From: an uncultured Gammaproteobacteria bacterium | GTDB taxonomy: Bacteria; Patescibacteriota; Patescibacteriia; UBA9934; CAZDDW01 | Assembly (NCBI GenBank): GCA_965231015.1 | Contig: OZ246408.1 | Coordinates: 620,115-684,114 of the forward strand | Direction: 5' to 3' | Length of the DNA: 64,000 bases | In this document: one piece after another, positions 30,494 through 40,623 of the stretch | Position numbering within the stretch: the first letter of the stretch is position 1 | How the letters are laid out: each line of letters opens with the position of its first letter | The notes under the pieces: model-generated | Told to the model about the DNA's origin: nothing | The model's database searches: none | The model's input: only the letters and a program-made list of their open reading frames with translations | Made by a program: the position numbers and the translations under genes

Positions 30494-31375
30494 TTAGATG
30501 CGAGTAGCTGCGCGCAACTTGGCGCTGCGAGCCCGAGGGTTCGCCTCCATTTCCTCCTTAGTAGGTTTTATTACCTTCTTGTTTATTATTTCTAAATCCT
30601 TCCCGTGGTGATCTTTCATGAAATTCTTCACGATTCGATCTTCCAAGGAATGGAACGAGATGACCACAAGTTTCCCGCCCGGACGGATGGTGCCAAGCGC
30701 TTGCGGCAGTACAACCTCGAGCTCCTCTAATTCGTGGTTGACCGCTATGCGCAACGCCTGAAATACACGTGTTGCCGGATTGAGCCTATCGTGCTTTCCC
30801 CGCCTGGGGACAACGCCGGATATGATTTCGGCAAGAGCGGTTGTGGTTACAATCGGATCTTGCTGGCGCTTCTGCACAATTGCCGCGGCGATTTTGTGGG
30901 CATTTCGTTCCTCTCCTAGTTTTCTAAAGATCTCACTTAGTTTATCTTCCGACCAATTATTCACAATGTCAGAAGCTGACTCTTCTTGATCCGGGTTATA
31001 CCTCATGTCTAATGGGCCTTCAGTTTGAAACGAAAACCCTCGATCCGGATCATCTATATGAGGTGAAGAGAAACCCAGGTCCAGAACAACTCCGTCAACC
31101 TCACTAAATCCATTGTCATATATTACCTGCTTAATGTTTTTGTATGAGTCATGAGCCAATACGACTCGGTCCCCAAATTTGGCCAGATTCTTTTTGGCAA
31201 CCGCCAGATTACGAGAATCCTTATCTATGCCAAGCAGTCGACCATTTGGAGCTGAGCGCTCCAGGATAGCCGAGGCATGTCCTCCCAAACCAACTGTCCC
31301 GTCAATAAAATCTTGACCCGGCGCAGGATCAAGGAACCGAAGGGTTTCATTAAGTAGAGCCGGTATATGTGTCAT
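30494..31375 (-). CDS. rsmH: 16S rRNA m4C1402 methyltransferase
   Basis: HIPALLNE, DGTVGLGGH, DLGFSS, PLDMR, FQALRIAVN, SFHSLEDRIVK. Confidence 0.98.
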   Translation of the reverse strand: MTHIPALLNETLRFLDPAPGQDFIDGTVGLGGHASAILERSAPNGRLLGIDKDSRNLAVAKKNLAKFGDRVVLAHDSYKNIKQVIYDNGFSEVDGVVLDLGFSSPHIDDPDRGFSFQTEGPLDMRYNPDQEESASDIVNNWSEDKLSEIFRKLGEERNAHKIAAAIVQKRQQDPIVTTTALAEIISGVVPRRGKHDRLNPATRVFQALRIAVNHELEELEVVLPQALGTIRPGGKLVVISFHSLEDRIVKNFMKDHHGKDLEIINKKVIKPTKEEMEANPRARSAKLRAATRI

Positions 31376-31803
31376 ACTCCAAGATCCCCCATTTGTTCGG
31401 CTAATTTTCCTGCGTCTTTTTCAGCGGAATCCTTAAACGAATTCCACTTTTCCTCATCCCAGATTTCAAGGCGATTAAAAAGTCCCGCTATTACTACATT
31501 CTTCCTCACGCTCGCATATTCACGTAAATACTCCGGAATTACCACGCGCCCTTGTTTGTCTAAGGATACTTCCATGGCTCCGGCTAGCATCAGCCGAGCA
31601 AACGCCCGAGAGCTAGCTTTTCCAAGTGGCAATTCAGTCAACTTGTGAGCCAACTTTTGCCACTCTGCCTTTGTGAATACGAAGAGCGAAGAGTCGAGGC
31701 CTCGCGTCACTACCGCCCCCTTTGCAAGGTCACCTCGACACTTCACAGGGATCGCCAGTCTATTTTTGTCGTCAATGGTGTGTTTATATTCACCAATGAA
31801 CAT
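31372..31803 (-). CDS. mraZ: Division/cell wall cluster regulator MraZ
   Basis: MFIGEYKHTIDDKNRLAIP, DKQGRVVIP, RLEIW; ATG 31803 preferred. Confidence 0.96.
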   Translation of the reverse strand: MFIGEYKHTIDDKNRLAIPVKCRGDLAKGAVVTRGLDSSLFVFTKAEWQKLAHKLTELPLGKASSRAFARLMLAGAMEVSLDKQGRVVIPEYLREYASVRKNVVIAGLFNRLEIWDEEKWNSFKDSAEKDAGKLAEQMGDLGV

Positions 31804-32014
31804 AGGGACGGTATTAGAGACTACTGAAATTCCTCCAACTGCTGCGTCATGGGGACCCGATAACTTCGTCAACGTACGTTTTAGTACGTTTCCTTGTTAC
31901 CACCCCATTCCTTGCATTTGGAGTTTTTCAGCAGTCTCCAAGATTAATGTTTATCCAGGGAAAGAGTTCATACAAAAAAGTGGGCAACAACCCGCGCAAA
32001 CGAAGGCTGAAATT

Positions 32015-32065
32015 CCCCACTTCATTCCACTTCTGTACCCTTCATAACCATTTTATCCCACTTTT
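32015..32065 (-). promoter_or_regulatory. MraZ-binding direct repeats (10-bp period)
   Basis: Minus strand AAAAGTGGGATAAAATGGTTATGAAGGGTACAGAAGTGGAATGAAGTGGGG: five (G/A)TGG-like units about 10 bp apart upstream of mraZ. Confidence 0.7.
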
Positions 32066-32129
32066 GAACACGGGTCAACCACTTTATCCTTTATACTTTT
32101 TTACTTTATTTTAGCTATTTTTTCTTGAT

Positions 32130-32205
32130 TTATCCACTTTCTGGGGATAACCCACCTTCCCCACTTTCCAGAATTAACCTTGCAGGTTGCTTAAAATTAT
32201 CCACA
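32130..32205. promoter_or_regulatory. DnaA-box cluster
   Basis: TTATCCACT 32130-32138, TGGGGATAA 32142-32150, perfect TTATCCACA 32197-32205. Confidence 0.55.
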
Positions 32206-32228
32206 ACAAAAAGAAGCAGTCCGGTAGA

Positions 32229-32453
32229 CTACTTCGACTTTGACTCTTCGACAAGTCTCAAGAGCTCCTCTCGGATGATCCTGTCCTTGTCGTCAAGGTT
32301 TTCAGAGATACGATACGCAATGTTGGGATTCAACAATGGATCTTCATCGAACGCGAGAACAAACTCACATCCGAGATTCGGTCGAATCATTAGATATACC
32401 CCGCATCTTCGCAGGTATACCCGTCGCTGGTCCAATGTCCGCAGTTCGGACAC
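32229..32453 (-). CDS. Small hypothetical protein
   Basis: 74-aa ORF with GTG start abutting the uvrC stop. Confidence 0.5.
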   Translation of the reverse strand: MSELRTLDQRRVYLRRCGVYLMIRPNLGCEFVLAFDEDPLLNPNIAYRISENLDDKDRIIREELLRLVEESKSK

Positions 32454-33818
32454 TTACCTTCCATTCTCTCCTCTCCTTTTTCTGGGTCTCTCTACCCCAG
32501 ATCTTTTTGACCTTACCACCTTATGATACCTCGCCGCAAATCGGTGGGCTTCATCACGGACTTTCTGAAACAGTTCTTTTTCGTTTTCTGCAACACGTTT
32601 TAGCTCGAGATTCGATTTATCGTAAACAAGTCGGTCTTGTTTACGGTCGAGCCCCTTAGCAATTCCTATCACAGGGATATCGAGTCCGAGCTCGTCGAGA
32701 ATCGAAACAACCCGATTCACTTGTCCCTTACCCCCATCAATCAACATGGTGTCCGGCAGCGGCCAGGCGTTTGGTTGTTTTTCTGCTCGAGCCAGCCGAC
32801 GACGGACCATTTCTTCAAGACTCGCGACATCGTTCGCGCCCTTTACAGTTTTAATCTTAAACTTTCGGTATTCACTCTTAGCCGGCTTCCCTCCTTCAAA
32901 CACCACCATTGATCCCACTGAACTGGTACCTGAAATATTTGAAATATCATACCCCTCAACCCGACCCATGGCGTTGATGTACGGCTCGTCGCGCGTCGCA
33001 TGTCGCGCGACGAAAATATCCGTATCGTCGCGCGTGATCAACGATACGTCTTGAATATGCTCCAGAGAAAAAATCTGACGTTTGAGTTCTTGTGCGCCTT
33101 CGTATCGGAGCTCGTTTGAAGCCTTTTTCATTTCCCGAACTAACTTTTTCTTTATCTGTTCTTTCTTGCCCTCAAAAAACAAAATCAAATTGCGAATAAT
33201 TTTTCGGTATTCGGTTTTCGAGATCTCACCCGTACAAACTCCGGGGCAACGCTTGATGTGATAATTAAAACAAGCTTTGGCTCGACCCGAAACATCCGGA
33301 TGGTCGCATGTTGACCACGGAATAACCTTACGCACGAGTTCAAGCGCGGTTCGCAATGACTGACCGCTGGTATACGGACCAAATACTCGTAAAAACTTCT
33401 GCTGGGCTTTCTTGGATAATTTTTCACTGAATGGTTTTACTCCCATCCTTTCAAGCTCAAGCCCGCGCATAAAAATCGGTTTCGGATAATCCTCGTTCGT
33501 GATAACCAAGTACAGGAAACTTTTATCGTCCCGAATCATGATGTTGTATGGCGGAAGATATTTTTTAATTTGATTCGCCTCGAGAACTAAAGCTTCAATC
33601 ACAGTCGGAGTTTCAATGTAATCAATTCGAGCAATCTCGGAAACGAGTTTAGCGATCCGGTCATCATGAGCCTTTGTGAAATACGAACCGACTCGTTTTT
33701 TAAGCGACGTAGCTTTCCCAATGTAGAGCACGTCACTTTGGTCATTGTAATAAAAATATACCCCGGGATTGTCGGGTAAAGCATCGTTTTTGATTTTAAT
33801 TCTGTCTGGAATAGCCAT
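32454..33818 (-). CDS. uvrC: Excinuclease ABC subunit C (short; no C-terminal HhH)
   Basis: PGVY, YIGKA..LKKRV GIY-YIG; UVR helix; DISNISG and IDGGKGQ RNase H-like domain; ends soon after VRDEAHRFA. Confidence 0.92.
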   Translation of the reverse strand: MAIPDRIKIKNDALPDNPGVYFYYNDQSDVLYIGKATSLKKRVGSYFTKAHDDRIAKLVSEIARIDYIETPTVIEALVLEANQIKKYLPPYNIMIRDDKSFLYLVITNEDYPKPIFMRGLELERMGVKPFSEKLSKKAQQKFLRVFGPYTSGQSLRTALELVRKVIPWSTCDHPDVSGRAKACFNYHIKRCPGVCTGEISKTEYRKIIRNLILFFEGKKEQIKKKLVREMKKASNELRYEGAQELKRQIFSLEHIQDVSLITRDDTDIFVARHATRDEPYINAMGRVEGYDISNISGTSSVGSMVVFEGGKPAKSEYRKFKIKTVKGANDVASLEEMVRRRLARAEKQPNAWPLPDTMLIDGGKGQVNRVVSILDELGLDIPVIGIAKGLDRKQDRLVYDKSNLELKRVAENEKELFQKVRDEAHRFAARYHKVVRSKRSGVERPRKRRGENGR

Positions 33819-33857
33819 AATTTAAATTAGCTGTTATACTCGCGGCATGGAGAACGT

Positions 33858-34184
33858 ATGAGCCAAGACTATTGGAACGACATCGATGAGTATGGCCCAG
33901 AACAACTCGCACCTTCAGCCGCCACCAATCCCCTGCCTGGAATGACCTATATCTACTTTCGTGATGCCCCCAACTGGACACAGCCGGTTATGCCATTCAA
34001 CTACATAGACAATGGTCTTACCTCACAAGGCAATCTGTGTATCGCACCTGGTTGTGAGGCAGAATCTCGGGTCTATCCAGCGGCGCGTTTCATGCGTACT
34101 CACGAATTCAATCTGGTCTGCACGAGCTGTGGACAAAGATATTTCGATCGAACTTTGTTCACACGCTTCCCTCTCCTTCTTTGA
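33858..34184 (+). CDS. Hypothetical zinc-ribbon protein
   Basis: TGtTATACT promoter and GGAG SD upstream; CIAPGC...CTSC; hairpin plus T-tract at 34183-34208. Confidence 0.6.
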   Translation: MSQDYWNDIDEYGPEQLAPSAATNPLPGMTYIYFRDAPNWTQPVMPFNYIDNGLTSQGNLCIAPGCEAESRVYPAARFMRTHEFNLVCTSCGQRYFDRTLFTRFPLLL

Positions 34185-34206
34185 GCCCTCTCGGGCTCTT
34201 GTTTTT

Positions 34207-36723
34207 TTATTTGAAATATCGACGCAAATATTTCCCCGTATGTGACTTTGGGTTGCGCACAATCTCTTCTGGTGTTCCCGCGCCCACCACTTCTCCACCC
34301 CGATCGCCTCCGTCAGGGCCAAGATCGATAATCCAGTCGGCAGTTTTAATAATATCAAGATTGTGCTCAATAATGACGACCGTGTTTCCCTTGTCTACCA
34401 AAGCGTGTAATACCTCGAGCAACTGCTTTACGTCTTCAAAGTGAAGCCCCACGGTTGGCTCGTCGAGTAAATACAGGGTTTTACCGGTTGATCGTTTTGA
34501 GAGCTCGGACGCGAGTTTGACCCGTTGTGCCTCACCGCCGGACAAAGTTGGGGCTGGCTGGCCAAGCTTGAGGTACCCGAGTCCGACTTGGTTTAAGGTC
34601 TTGAGTCGATCCGCGATTGGTGGAATATCCTTAAAGAACTCGGCCCCGTCTTCAATGGTCATTTCTAATACATCATATATATTCTTGCCTTTATACTCGA
34701 CTTCGAGAGTCTCCCGATCAAACCGACGACCCTTACAAACCTCGCACTGCACATACACCGTGGGCAAAAAATGCATCTCAATCGCAATTGATCCGTGACC
34801 CTCACAGTTCTCGCACCGGCCTCCCGGCGTGTTGAAACTAAACCGACCAGGCTTGTATCCCCGATAACGGGCCTCTTCAGTTGAAGCAAACAGTTCCCTG
34901 ATCGGCCCCCAAGTCCCAGTGTAAGTTGCTGGGTTTGATCGTGGAGTTCGACCAATTGGTGCTTGGTTGATCATGATAGCTTTGTCAATGTACTCGGTTC
35001 CATGAATTGACTTGTGCTTGCCGGATTTTGGCTTGCTTCCGTAGAGTCGACGTGACAACTCGCGGTACATTATGTCATGGGTCAGAGTACTCTTCCCTGA
35101 ACCTGATACCCCGGTAATACAGATAAAGCGACGCAATGGAATCTCCACGTTGATATTCTTTAAATTGTTCTCTTGAGCCCCCTTGATCTTGATCGAATCT
35201 CGACCCGGAGCCCGTCGCACTTTCGGCATCGGGATCTTCTTGTCTCCTCGTAAATACGCTGCAGTCAAACTTTTCTTATCCTCAAACACTTCCGGTACAG
35301 TCCCGGCCGCAGTCACTTCTCCACCATGAACACCAGCCCCAGGCCCAATCTCAACCATATAATCAGCCGCTCGAATTGTATCCTCGTCATGCTCAACCAC
35401 AATAACCGAGTTTCCCAGATCTCTAAGACCAACCAATGTCTCCAGCAGCCGATCGTTGTCGCGCTGATGTAACCCAATCGTAGGCTCGTCGAGCACGTAT
35501 GTTGCACCCACAAGCCGTGAACCGATCTGACTGGCCAATCGAATTCGTTGTGCCTCACCACCAGACAGGGTTCCAGCCTTTCTATTCAAGGTCAGGTAGT
35601 GCAACCCAACGTCTAACATAAATTGAAGACGGCCCTGAATTTCTTTCATGACTGAGCCGGAAATCTCTTTTTGACGAGCTGATAATTTAAAAGTGTTGAA
35701 GTAATCTACCGCTCCCTCAATGGTCATATCAGTCACATCCACAATCGACTTATTCCCCGGCAACCATACATGCAAGGACTCAAGCTTAAGTCGGGCACCT
35801 TTACAAACCTTGCACTCTTCTTCAGAAAACAGTTCCTTTGTTCCCAGTCCGGTACAGGCTTCACAGGCACCATACGGAGAATTAAAGCTGAATAAACGTG
35901 GTTCTATTTCTGGAAAACTAAAACCACACTCCGGACAACTGAACTTGCTAGAAAGCATTCGTTCTGTTTTATCTGGGTAAATCACATTCACTACATCCTT
36001 TCCGTATTCAAGAGCGGTCTCAAGAGCCTCGGCTAATCGCTGTCGGTTATCTTTCTCGTTTATATCTTGAACTGGAACGGTATCAACGACAACCTCAATA
36101 GTGTGTTGCTTATACCGACCAAGTTTGATCTGCTCGGAAAGTAAATATTCTTTGCCGTCGATTCTAACCTTAGCAAAACCAGCACTATACAAATCATAAA
36201 GCAATTGGTAGTACTCTCCTTTTCGGCCACGAACCACTGGCGCAAGAATCATGACGGAGCCTGGCCGTTTACCTTTGGCTCTATTTTCTTTAGTTCCATC
36301 AATCACCACATTCACCATTTCTTCAACCGTCAACTTCTGAATCGGTTTCTTGCAGGTCACACAATGAGGTGTCCCGATGCGCGCAAACAAGACCCGTAAG
36401 TAATCATAAATCTCGGTGATCGTCGCCACAGTAGAACGCGGATTGGCCGAGTGGGCTTTTTGATCAATCGAAATGGCTGGGCTCAAACCTTCGATCTCAT
36501 CCACATCCGGTTTCTGCATCTGTCCCAAAAACTGTCGAGCGTAAGCTGAAAGCGACTCAACATAACGTCGTTGCCCTTCAGCAAAAATGGTATCAAAAGC
36601 CAGACTCGATTTTCCCGAGCCGGATAAACCAGTGACACACACTAACTGATTTCGCGGTAACTCAACGTTAATATTTTTTAAGTTATGCTCCCGTGCTCCT
36701 TTAATTTTTATCTCTTGTTCCAT
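34207..36723 (-). CDS. uvrA: Excinuclease ABC subunit A
   Basis: [26 protein letters not shown] x2, GVSGSGKST, zinc fingers. Confidence 0.98.
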   Translation of the reverse strand: MEQEIKIKGAREHNLKNINVELPRNQLVCVTGLSGSGKSSLAFDTIFAEGQRRYVESLSAYARQFLGQMQKPDVDEIEGLSPAISIDQKAHSANPRSTVATITEIYDYLRVLFARIGTPHCVTCKKPIQKLTVEEMVNVVIDGTKENRAKGKRPGSVMILAPVVRGRKGEYYQLLYDLYSAGFAKVRIDGKEYLLSEQIKLGRYKQHTIEVVVDTVPVQDINEKDNRQRLAEALETALEYGKDVVNVIYPDKTERMLSSKFSCPECGFSFPEIEPRLFSFNSPYGACEACTGLGTKELFSEEECKVCKGARLKLESLHVWLPGNKSIVDVTDMTIEGAVDYFNTFKLSARQKEISGSVMKEIQGRLQFMLDVGLHYLTLNRKAGTLSGGEAQRIRLASQIGSRLVGATYVLDEPTIGLHQRDNDRLLETLVGLRDLGNSVIVVEHDEDTIRAADYMVEIGPGAGVHGGEVTAAGTVPEVFEDKKSLTAAYLRGDKKIPMPKVRRAPGRDSIKIKGAQENNLKNINVEIPLRRFICITGVSGSGKSTLTHDIMYRELSRRLYGSKPKSGKHKSIHGTEYIDKAIMINQAPIGRTPRSNPATYTGTWGPIRELFASTEEARYRGYKPGRFSFNTPGGRCENCEGHGSIAIEMHFLPTVYVQCEVCKGRRFDRETLEVEYKGKNIYDVLEMTIEDGAEFFKDIPPIADRLKTLNQVGLGYLKLGQPAPTLSGGEAQRVKLASELSKRSTGKTLYLLDEPTVGLHFEDVKQLLEVLHALVDKGNTVVIIEHNLDIIKTADWIIDLGPDGGDRGGEVVGAGTPEEIVRNPKSHTGKYLRRYFK

Positions 36724-36783
36724 AATTGTTTTTCTGATAATCTAAAAAAGTTCTTTTCACACCCACACCACACTGGAGGATCG

Positions 36784-37365
36784 ATGTCATACCAGCTTCG
36801 CGAACAGATCCCCGGCCACGCTGTTGACAAGCATCTCCATTTTCTGTGGCCTAACCCGGTTGAAGATGACTCTCAGGGTGAGATATGGAGAATCTGGTCT
36901 GCAGTCTCGGAAAAGTCTCGGCCGCCGATTAAGCTCGATGACGGCGTCATGGTAGACATCGAGGACAGTGAGTTCGGTTCGGCCTGGCAAATCCTCGGTG
37001 GAGGCGGCATGGCTGCCACCCAGGTTGATGACTACTTCATCAATCCCTCACTCGACCTCGAGACCGAACGAACCAGACTCGAGAAGCTGGTCGAACAGCT
37101 TCGTGCCCAACGCTGGCGCCAGATGGACATCATGGACAGGGCCATGCATGACCCCGAGTACCGCGAGCGTCGTGCCTTCTTGGAGCGCCGAGAAGAGGTC
37201 GGTCAAGCCTTGACCAAGGCAAATGAAATCACGTCTCTGATTCGAACCGTGGCTATCTACTCACCCTCACAGCGCTCTGGCCTAATCCTGAAGCGGGCCC
37301 AGGTTTTTATCAAGAGCAACCACGACATCAAGTTCCCACCCATGCCAGAACAGCCTGAAAGCTAG
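36784..37365 (+). CDS. Hypothetical protein, paralogue 1
   Basis: SD GGAGGA then ATG 36784; alignable by eye with 37372-37959. Confidence 0.7.
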   Translation: MSYQLREQIPGHAVDKHLHFLWPNPVEDDSQGEIWRIWSAVSEKSRPPIKLDDGVMVDIEDSEFGSAWQILGGGGMAATQVDDYFINPSLDLETERTRLEKLVEQLRAQRWRQMDIMDRAMHDPEYRERRAFLERREEVGQALTKANEITSLIRTVAIYSPSQRSGLILKRAQVFIKSNHDIKFPPMPEQPES

Positions 37366-37371
37366 CCGGCA

Positions 37372-37959
37372 GTGAGTACAGATAGGCACGGGCTTCGAAC
37401 TGAAATCGACGGTGATCGAGTCGATGAACAATTAACAAGGTGGAACACAGACTGCTGGTTGTATTCTTGGAAAAAACCTAAACCCGATTGGGGTTTCTTG
37501 GAAGCCACATATAAACAGATCAAGCACGGTTGGGAAAAATACAGGGCTGGCAAGACTCAATATCGAGTCCACAGGACACAACTGAGTAATCCCGTCTTCC
37601 GCCTTCCAGAGGCCATCCGAAACAAGGTTTCGCCTCGAACTCTAGAATATGTAATCCGCCCTGCGCTTGATAACGCAACCGAACGTGCTGACCTGGAAGA
37701 CATGGTTCAGAAACTTCACGCAGAACGTTCCCACGGGATCGATCTTTTGCGGGAAGCCATTGAACACCCAGAATTCCGAGAAGATGAAGCTTACCGTCAT
37801 GCCCATACTCTGATCCAATTCTTAGTCAACCAAATCCATCATACCTCCACCATACTTGAGTACTTAACTCTTTGGACCCCGTCGGAATCTTCCCTTACCT
37901 TGTTGGAACAAGCAAGGCTATGGATCGAGGCTGGTTGTGATATCAAATTTGACAACTAA
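37372..37959 (+). CDS. Hypothetical protein, paralogue 2
   Basis: 195-aa ORF; shares motifs with 36784-37365. Confidence 0.7.
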   Translation: MSTDRHGLRTEIDGDRVDEQLTRWNTDCWLYSWKKPKPDWGFLEATYKQIKHGWEKYRAGKTQYRVHRTQLSNPVFRLPEAIRNKVSPRTLEYVIRPALDNATERADLEDMVQKLHAERSHGIDLLREAIEHPEFREDEAYRHAHTLIQFLVNQIHHTSTILEYLTLWTPSESSLTLLEQARLWIEAGCDIKFDN

Positions 37960-39978
37960 CTATTTCTTCTTCGGTGTGGGAGACTTCCGAAGTTCCTCTT
38001 TAAGGAGCTTGACCTCGTCGCGCAACAGGGCCGCCAGTTCGAACTGGAGTTCTCGCGCGGCGATTTTCATTTCTATTTCTTTTTGTTTTATCACTTGTTC
38101 CAAATCTTTCGGATCCGTAATCATTTCGATCTTCAATACGTCACGAATATCTCGGTCTTCCTCAATCCCAATCATCTCTCGAATATCTTTAATGTCTTTT
38201 TTAACCGTCTTTGGTGTAATCCCATATTTCTTGTTGAAAGCCAGTTGTTTCCTTCGCCGGCGATTAGTTTCTTTGATGGCCCGATTTAAGGAACCGGTCA
38301 TTTCGTCCGCATACAAAATGACTTTTCCACTCACATTACGAGCCGCCCGACCAATCGTTTGAATAAGCGAGGTTTCAGAACGCAAGAAGCCTTCTTTGTC
38401 TGCATCTAAGATTGCCACCAATGTCACCTCTGGCAAATCTAACCCTTCACGTAACAGGTTCACTCCAACCAAAACATCAAACTTTCCCTCTCTGAATTCA
38501 GACAACTTTCTAATTCGATCAAGCGTTTCGACTCCGGAATGCAAATACTCTGTTTTTATGCTTTGTGCAGCCAAAAATTCAGATAAGTCTTCGGCCATTT
38601 TCTTAGTCAAAGTGGTGACCAAAACCCGTTCTTTTCTCTTAACCCGTTTGGCAATTTCTCTCATTAAATCATCAACCTGACCTTCGTTATCTTCGCTGGG
38701 TGTAATCGGTCGAACAATAATTTCTGGATCCACAAGCCCAGTTGGTCGAATCACTTGCTCTACAACTTGAGTCGAATTCTCAAGTTCATAATCCCCAGGG
38801 GTAGCTGAAGTAAATACTACTTGTTGAATCCGTTTCTCAAACTCGTGAAACTTCAGAGGACGGTTGTCCCTGGCCGACGGAAGACGGAACCCGTGTTTGA
38901 TCAGATTGTCCTTACGAGCCCTGTCTCCGTTATACATGCCCCCGATCTGTGGCACAGTCACGTGCGACTCATCAATCACCAATAAAAAGTCATCGCCAAA
39001 ATAATCAATCAGGGTAAACGGAGGTTCACCCGGCACCCGGCCATCAAAATGGCGCGAATAGTTTTCGATTCCGTTGCAGTAACCAATATTACGAATCATT
39101 TCAAGGTCGTATCGAGTGCGACGCTTCAGTCGTTCATATTCGAGCACACTTCCCTGTTTCTCAAGTTCAGTTAAACGTTCTTTTAATTCAGCTTCAATTG
39201 CATCTGTGGCTCGCTTGATCTCAGCCTTGTTGGCCACAAAGTGTGAGGCTGGAAATAAAGTTACAGTGTCAACCGACTCAAGATCACGTCTGGTTACTGG
39301 ATCAAGAACCATAATCTCGGCCGGCCGATCATCTTCAAACCGAATTCGATACAATAACTCTTCATGCATCGGCATTATCTCCATTACGTCTCCACGAGCG
39401 CGAAAGTGACCGCGAGTTAAATCAGCCGTGGTTCGTTCAAACTGCATCTCAATCAACCGACGGATAATCTCATTTCGAGCTAAACCATCTTCACCTAATT
39501 TAATTTCGAGAACAATTCGCTCATACATGTCCGGAGAACCTAAACCGTAAATACAAGAAACCGAAGCCACAATTATTACATCTTTCCGAGTTCGCAAGGC
39601 CTGGGTGGCTTTGTGACGTAGACGGTCAATCTCATCATTAATATCTGCCTCCTTTTCAATATACGTATCCGTACGTGGCATGTAGGCTTCTGGTTGATAA
39701 TAATCGTAATAAGAGACAAAATACTCGACTACATTAGCTGGGAAAAATTCGCGAAACTCGTTACACAACTGCGCGGCCAAAGTCTTATTGTGAGCAATGA
39801 CCAAGGTTGGTTTGTTGACCTCTTTGATAACGTTAGCCATGGTAAAGGTCTTTCCTGATCCAGTAACCCCAAGCAAAGTCTGAAACTTCTCGTTTGACTT
39901 CAACCCTTTAACCAGTCCCTTGATTGCCTCCGGTTGATCTCCGGCTGGTTTAAATTTTGACTTTAATTTGAAACTCAT
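37960..39978 (-). CDS. uvrB: Excinuclease ABC subunit B
   Basis: PAGDQP, GVTGSGKT, YYDYYQPEAY, DESH, NLLREGLD, QTIGRAARN, C-terminal UVR. Confidence 0.98.
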   Translation of the reverse strand: MSFKLKSKFKPAGDQPEAIKGLVKGLKSNEKFQTLLGVTGSGKTFTMANVIKEVNKPTLVIAHNKTLAAQLCNEFREFFPANVVEYFVSYYDYYQPEAYMPRTDTYIEKEADINDEIDRLRHKATQALRTRKDVIIVASVSCIYGLGSPDMYERIVLEIKLGEDGLARNEIIRRLIEMQFERTTADLTRGHFRARGDVMEIMPMHEELLYRIRFEDDRPAEIMVLDPVTRRDLESVDTVTLFPASHFVANKAEIKRATDAIEAELKERLTELEKQGSVLEYERLKRRTRYDLEMIRNIGYCNGIENYSRHFDGRVPGEPPFTLIDYFGDDFLLVIDESHVTVPQIGGMYNGDRARKDNLIKHGFRLPSARDNRPLKFHEFEKRIQQVVFTSATPGDYELENSTQVVEQVIRPTGLVDPEIIVRPITPSEDNEGQVDDLMREIAKRVKRKERVLVTTLTKKMAEDLSEFLAAQSIKTEYLHSGVETLDRIRKLSEFREGKFDVLVGVNLLREGLDLPEVTLVAILDADKEGFLRSETSLIQTIGRAARNVSGKVILYADEMTGSLNRAIKETNRRRRKQLAFNKKYGITPKTVKKDIKDIREMIGIEEDRDIRDVLKIEMITDPKDLEQVIKQKEIEMKIAARELQFELAALLRDEVKLLKEELRKSPTPKKK

Positions 39979-40102
39979 AATTTCTTATAAATACAAGACC
40001 CCCTAAAAGCTGCCTTCCAGGGGTATGTATAACAGATTGTAGGGCCACCGAAGTGACAACAGGATTCTATCAGAACCCTGTTTTTATGTCAATAGAGCCA
40101 AT

Positions 40103-40609
40103 TTAATCAATCGATCTAACCTTTTCAGTGCCGTTAATTTGCACCAGATATCGAGCGACTTCTTCCGGCACCAATTCTTTCCAGGTTTCATCTGATTCTT
40201 TGATTCGCTTACGTACTTCAGTAGCACTTATTCCAGGAACCTCCACAATATCTTTTACCTGAATTCCTTTATCTTCGAAACACTTTTTTGTCCACTCATC
40301 CCCGGTCCAAACCAAATCAATGTCACCACATTCCTCAATCACCTTTTCAGTCCAGGCTTTGTCATCCTCCATGTCGTCGACCTCTCGCATTTCAACATCA
40401 AATTTTGGAATTATATCTTCATCCTGTAGGGCATGTTGGATCATGTCTTTACGCTCTTCTGGAGTGAAAGGATTCTTTTCTGTGCCTGACTCCTGACAGC
40501 TACCCAAGACAATAATAACCTTGTCACAGGTCTTGGCCATTCCCTTCACCACCATTAAATGACCTTTATGAAACGGCTGAAACCGTCCGACAAAAACACA
40601 ACTAGACAT
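40103..40609 (-). CDS. Nicotinamide-nucleotide adenylyltransferase (NadM/archaeal-type)
   Basis: VGRFQPFHKGH, NPFT..ER, ISATEVRKRI, W.ELVP. Confidence 0.85.
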   Translation of the reverse strand: MSSCVFVGRFQPFHKGHLMVVKGMAKTCDKVIIVLGSCQESGTEKNPFTPEERKDMIQHALQDEDIIPKFDVEMREVDDMEDDKAWTEKVIEECGDIDLVWTGDEWTKKCFEDKGIQVKDIVEVPGISATEVRKRIKESDETWKELVPEEVARYLVQINGTEKVRSID

Positions 40610-40623
40610 AAAAATTTTCAACT

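Noticed and set aside
31900-32210. Replication origin
   Set aside because: Only one perfect DnaA box, no dnaA/dnaN nearby, and gene orientation does not switch across the site
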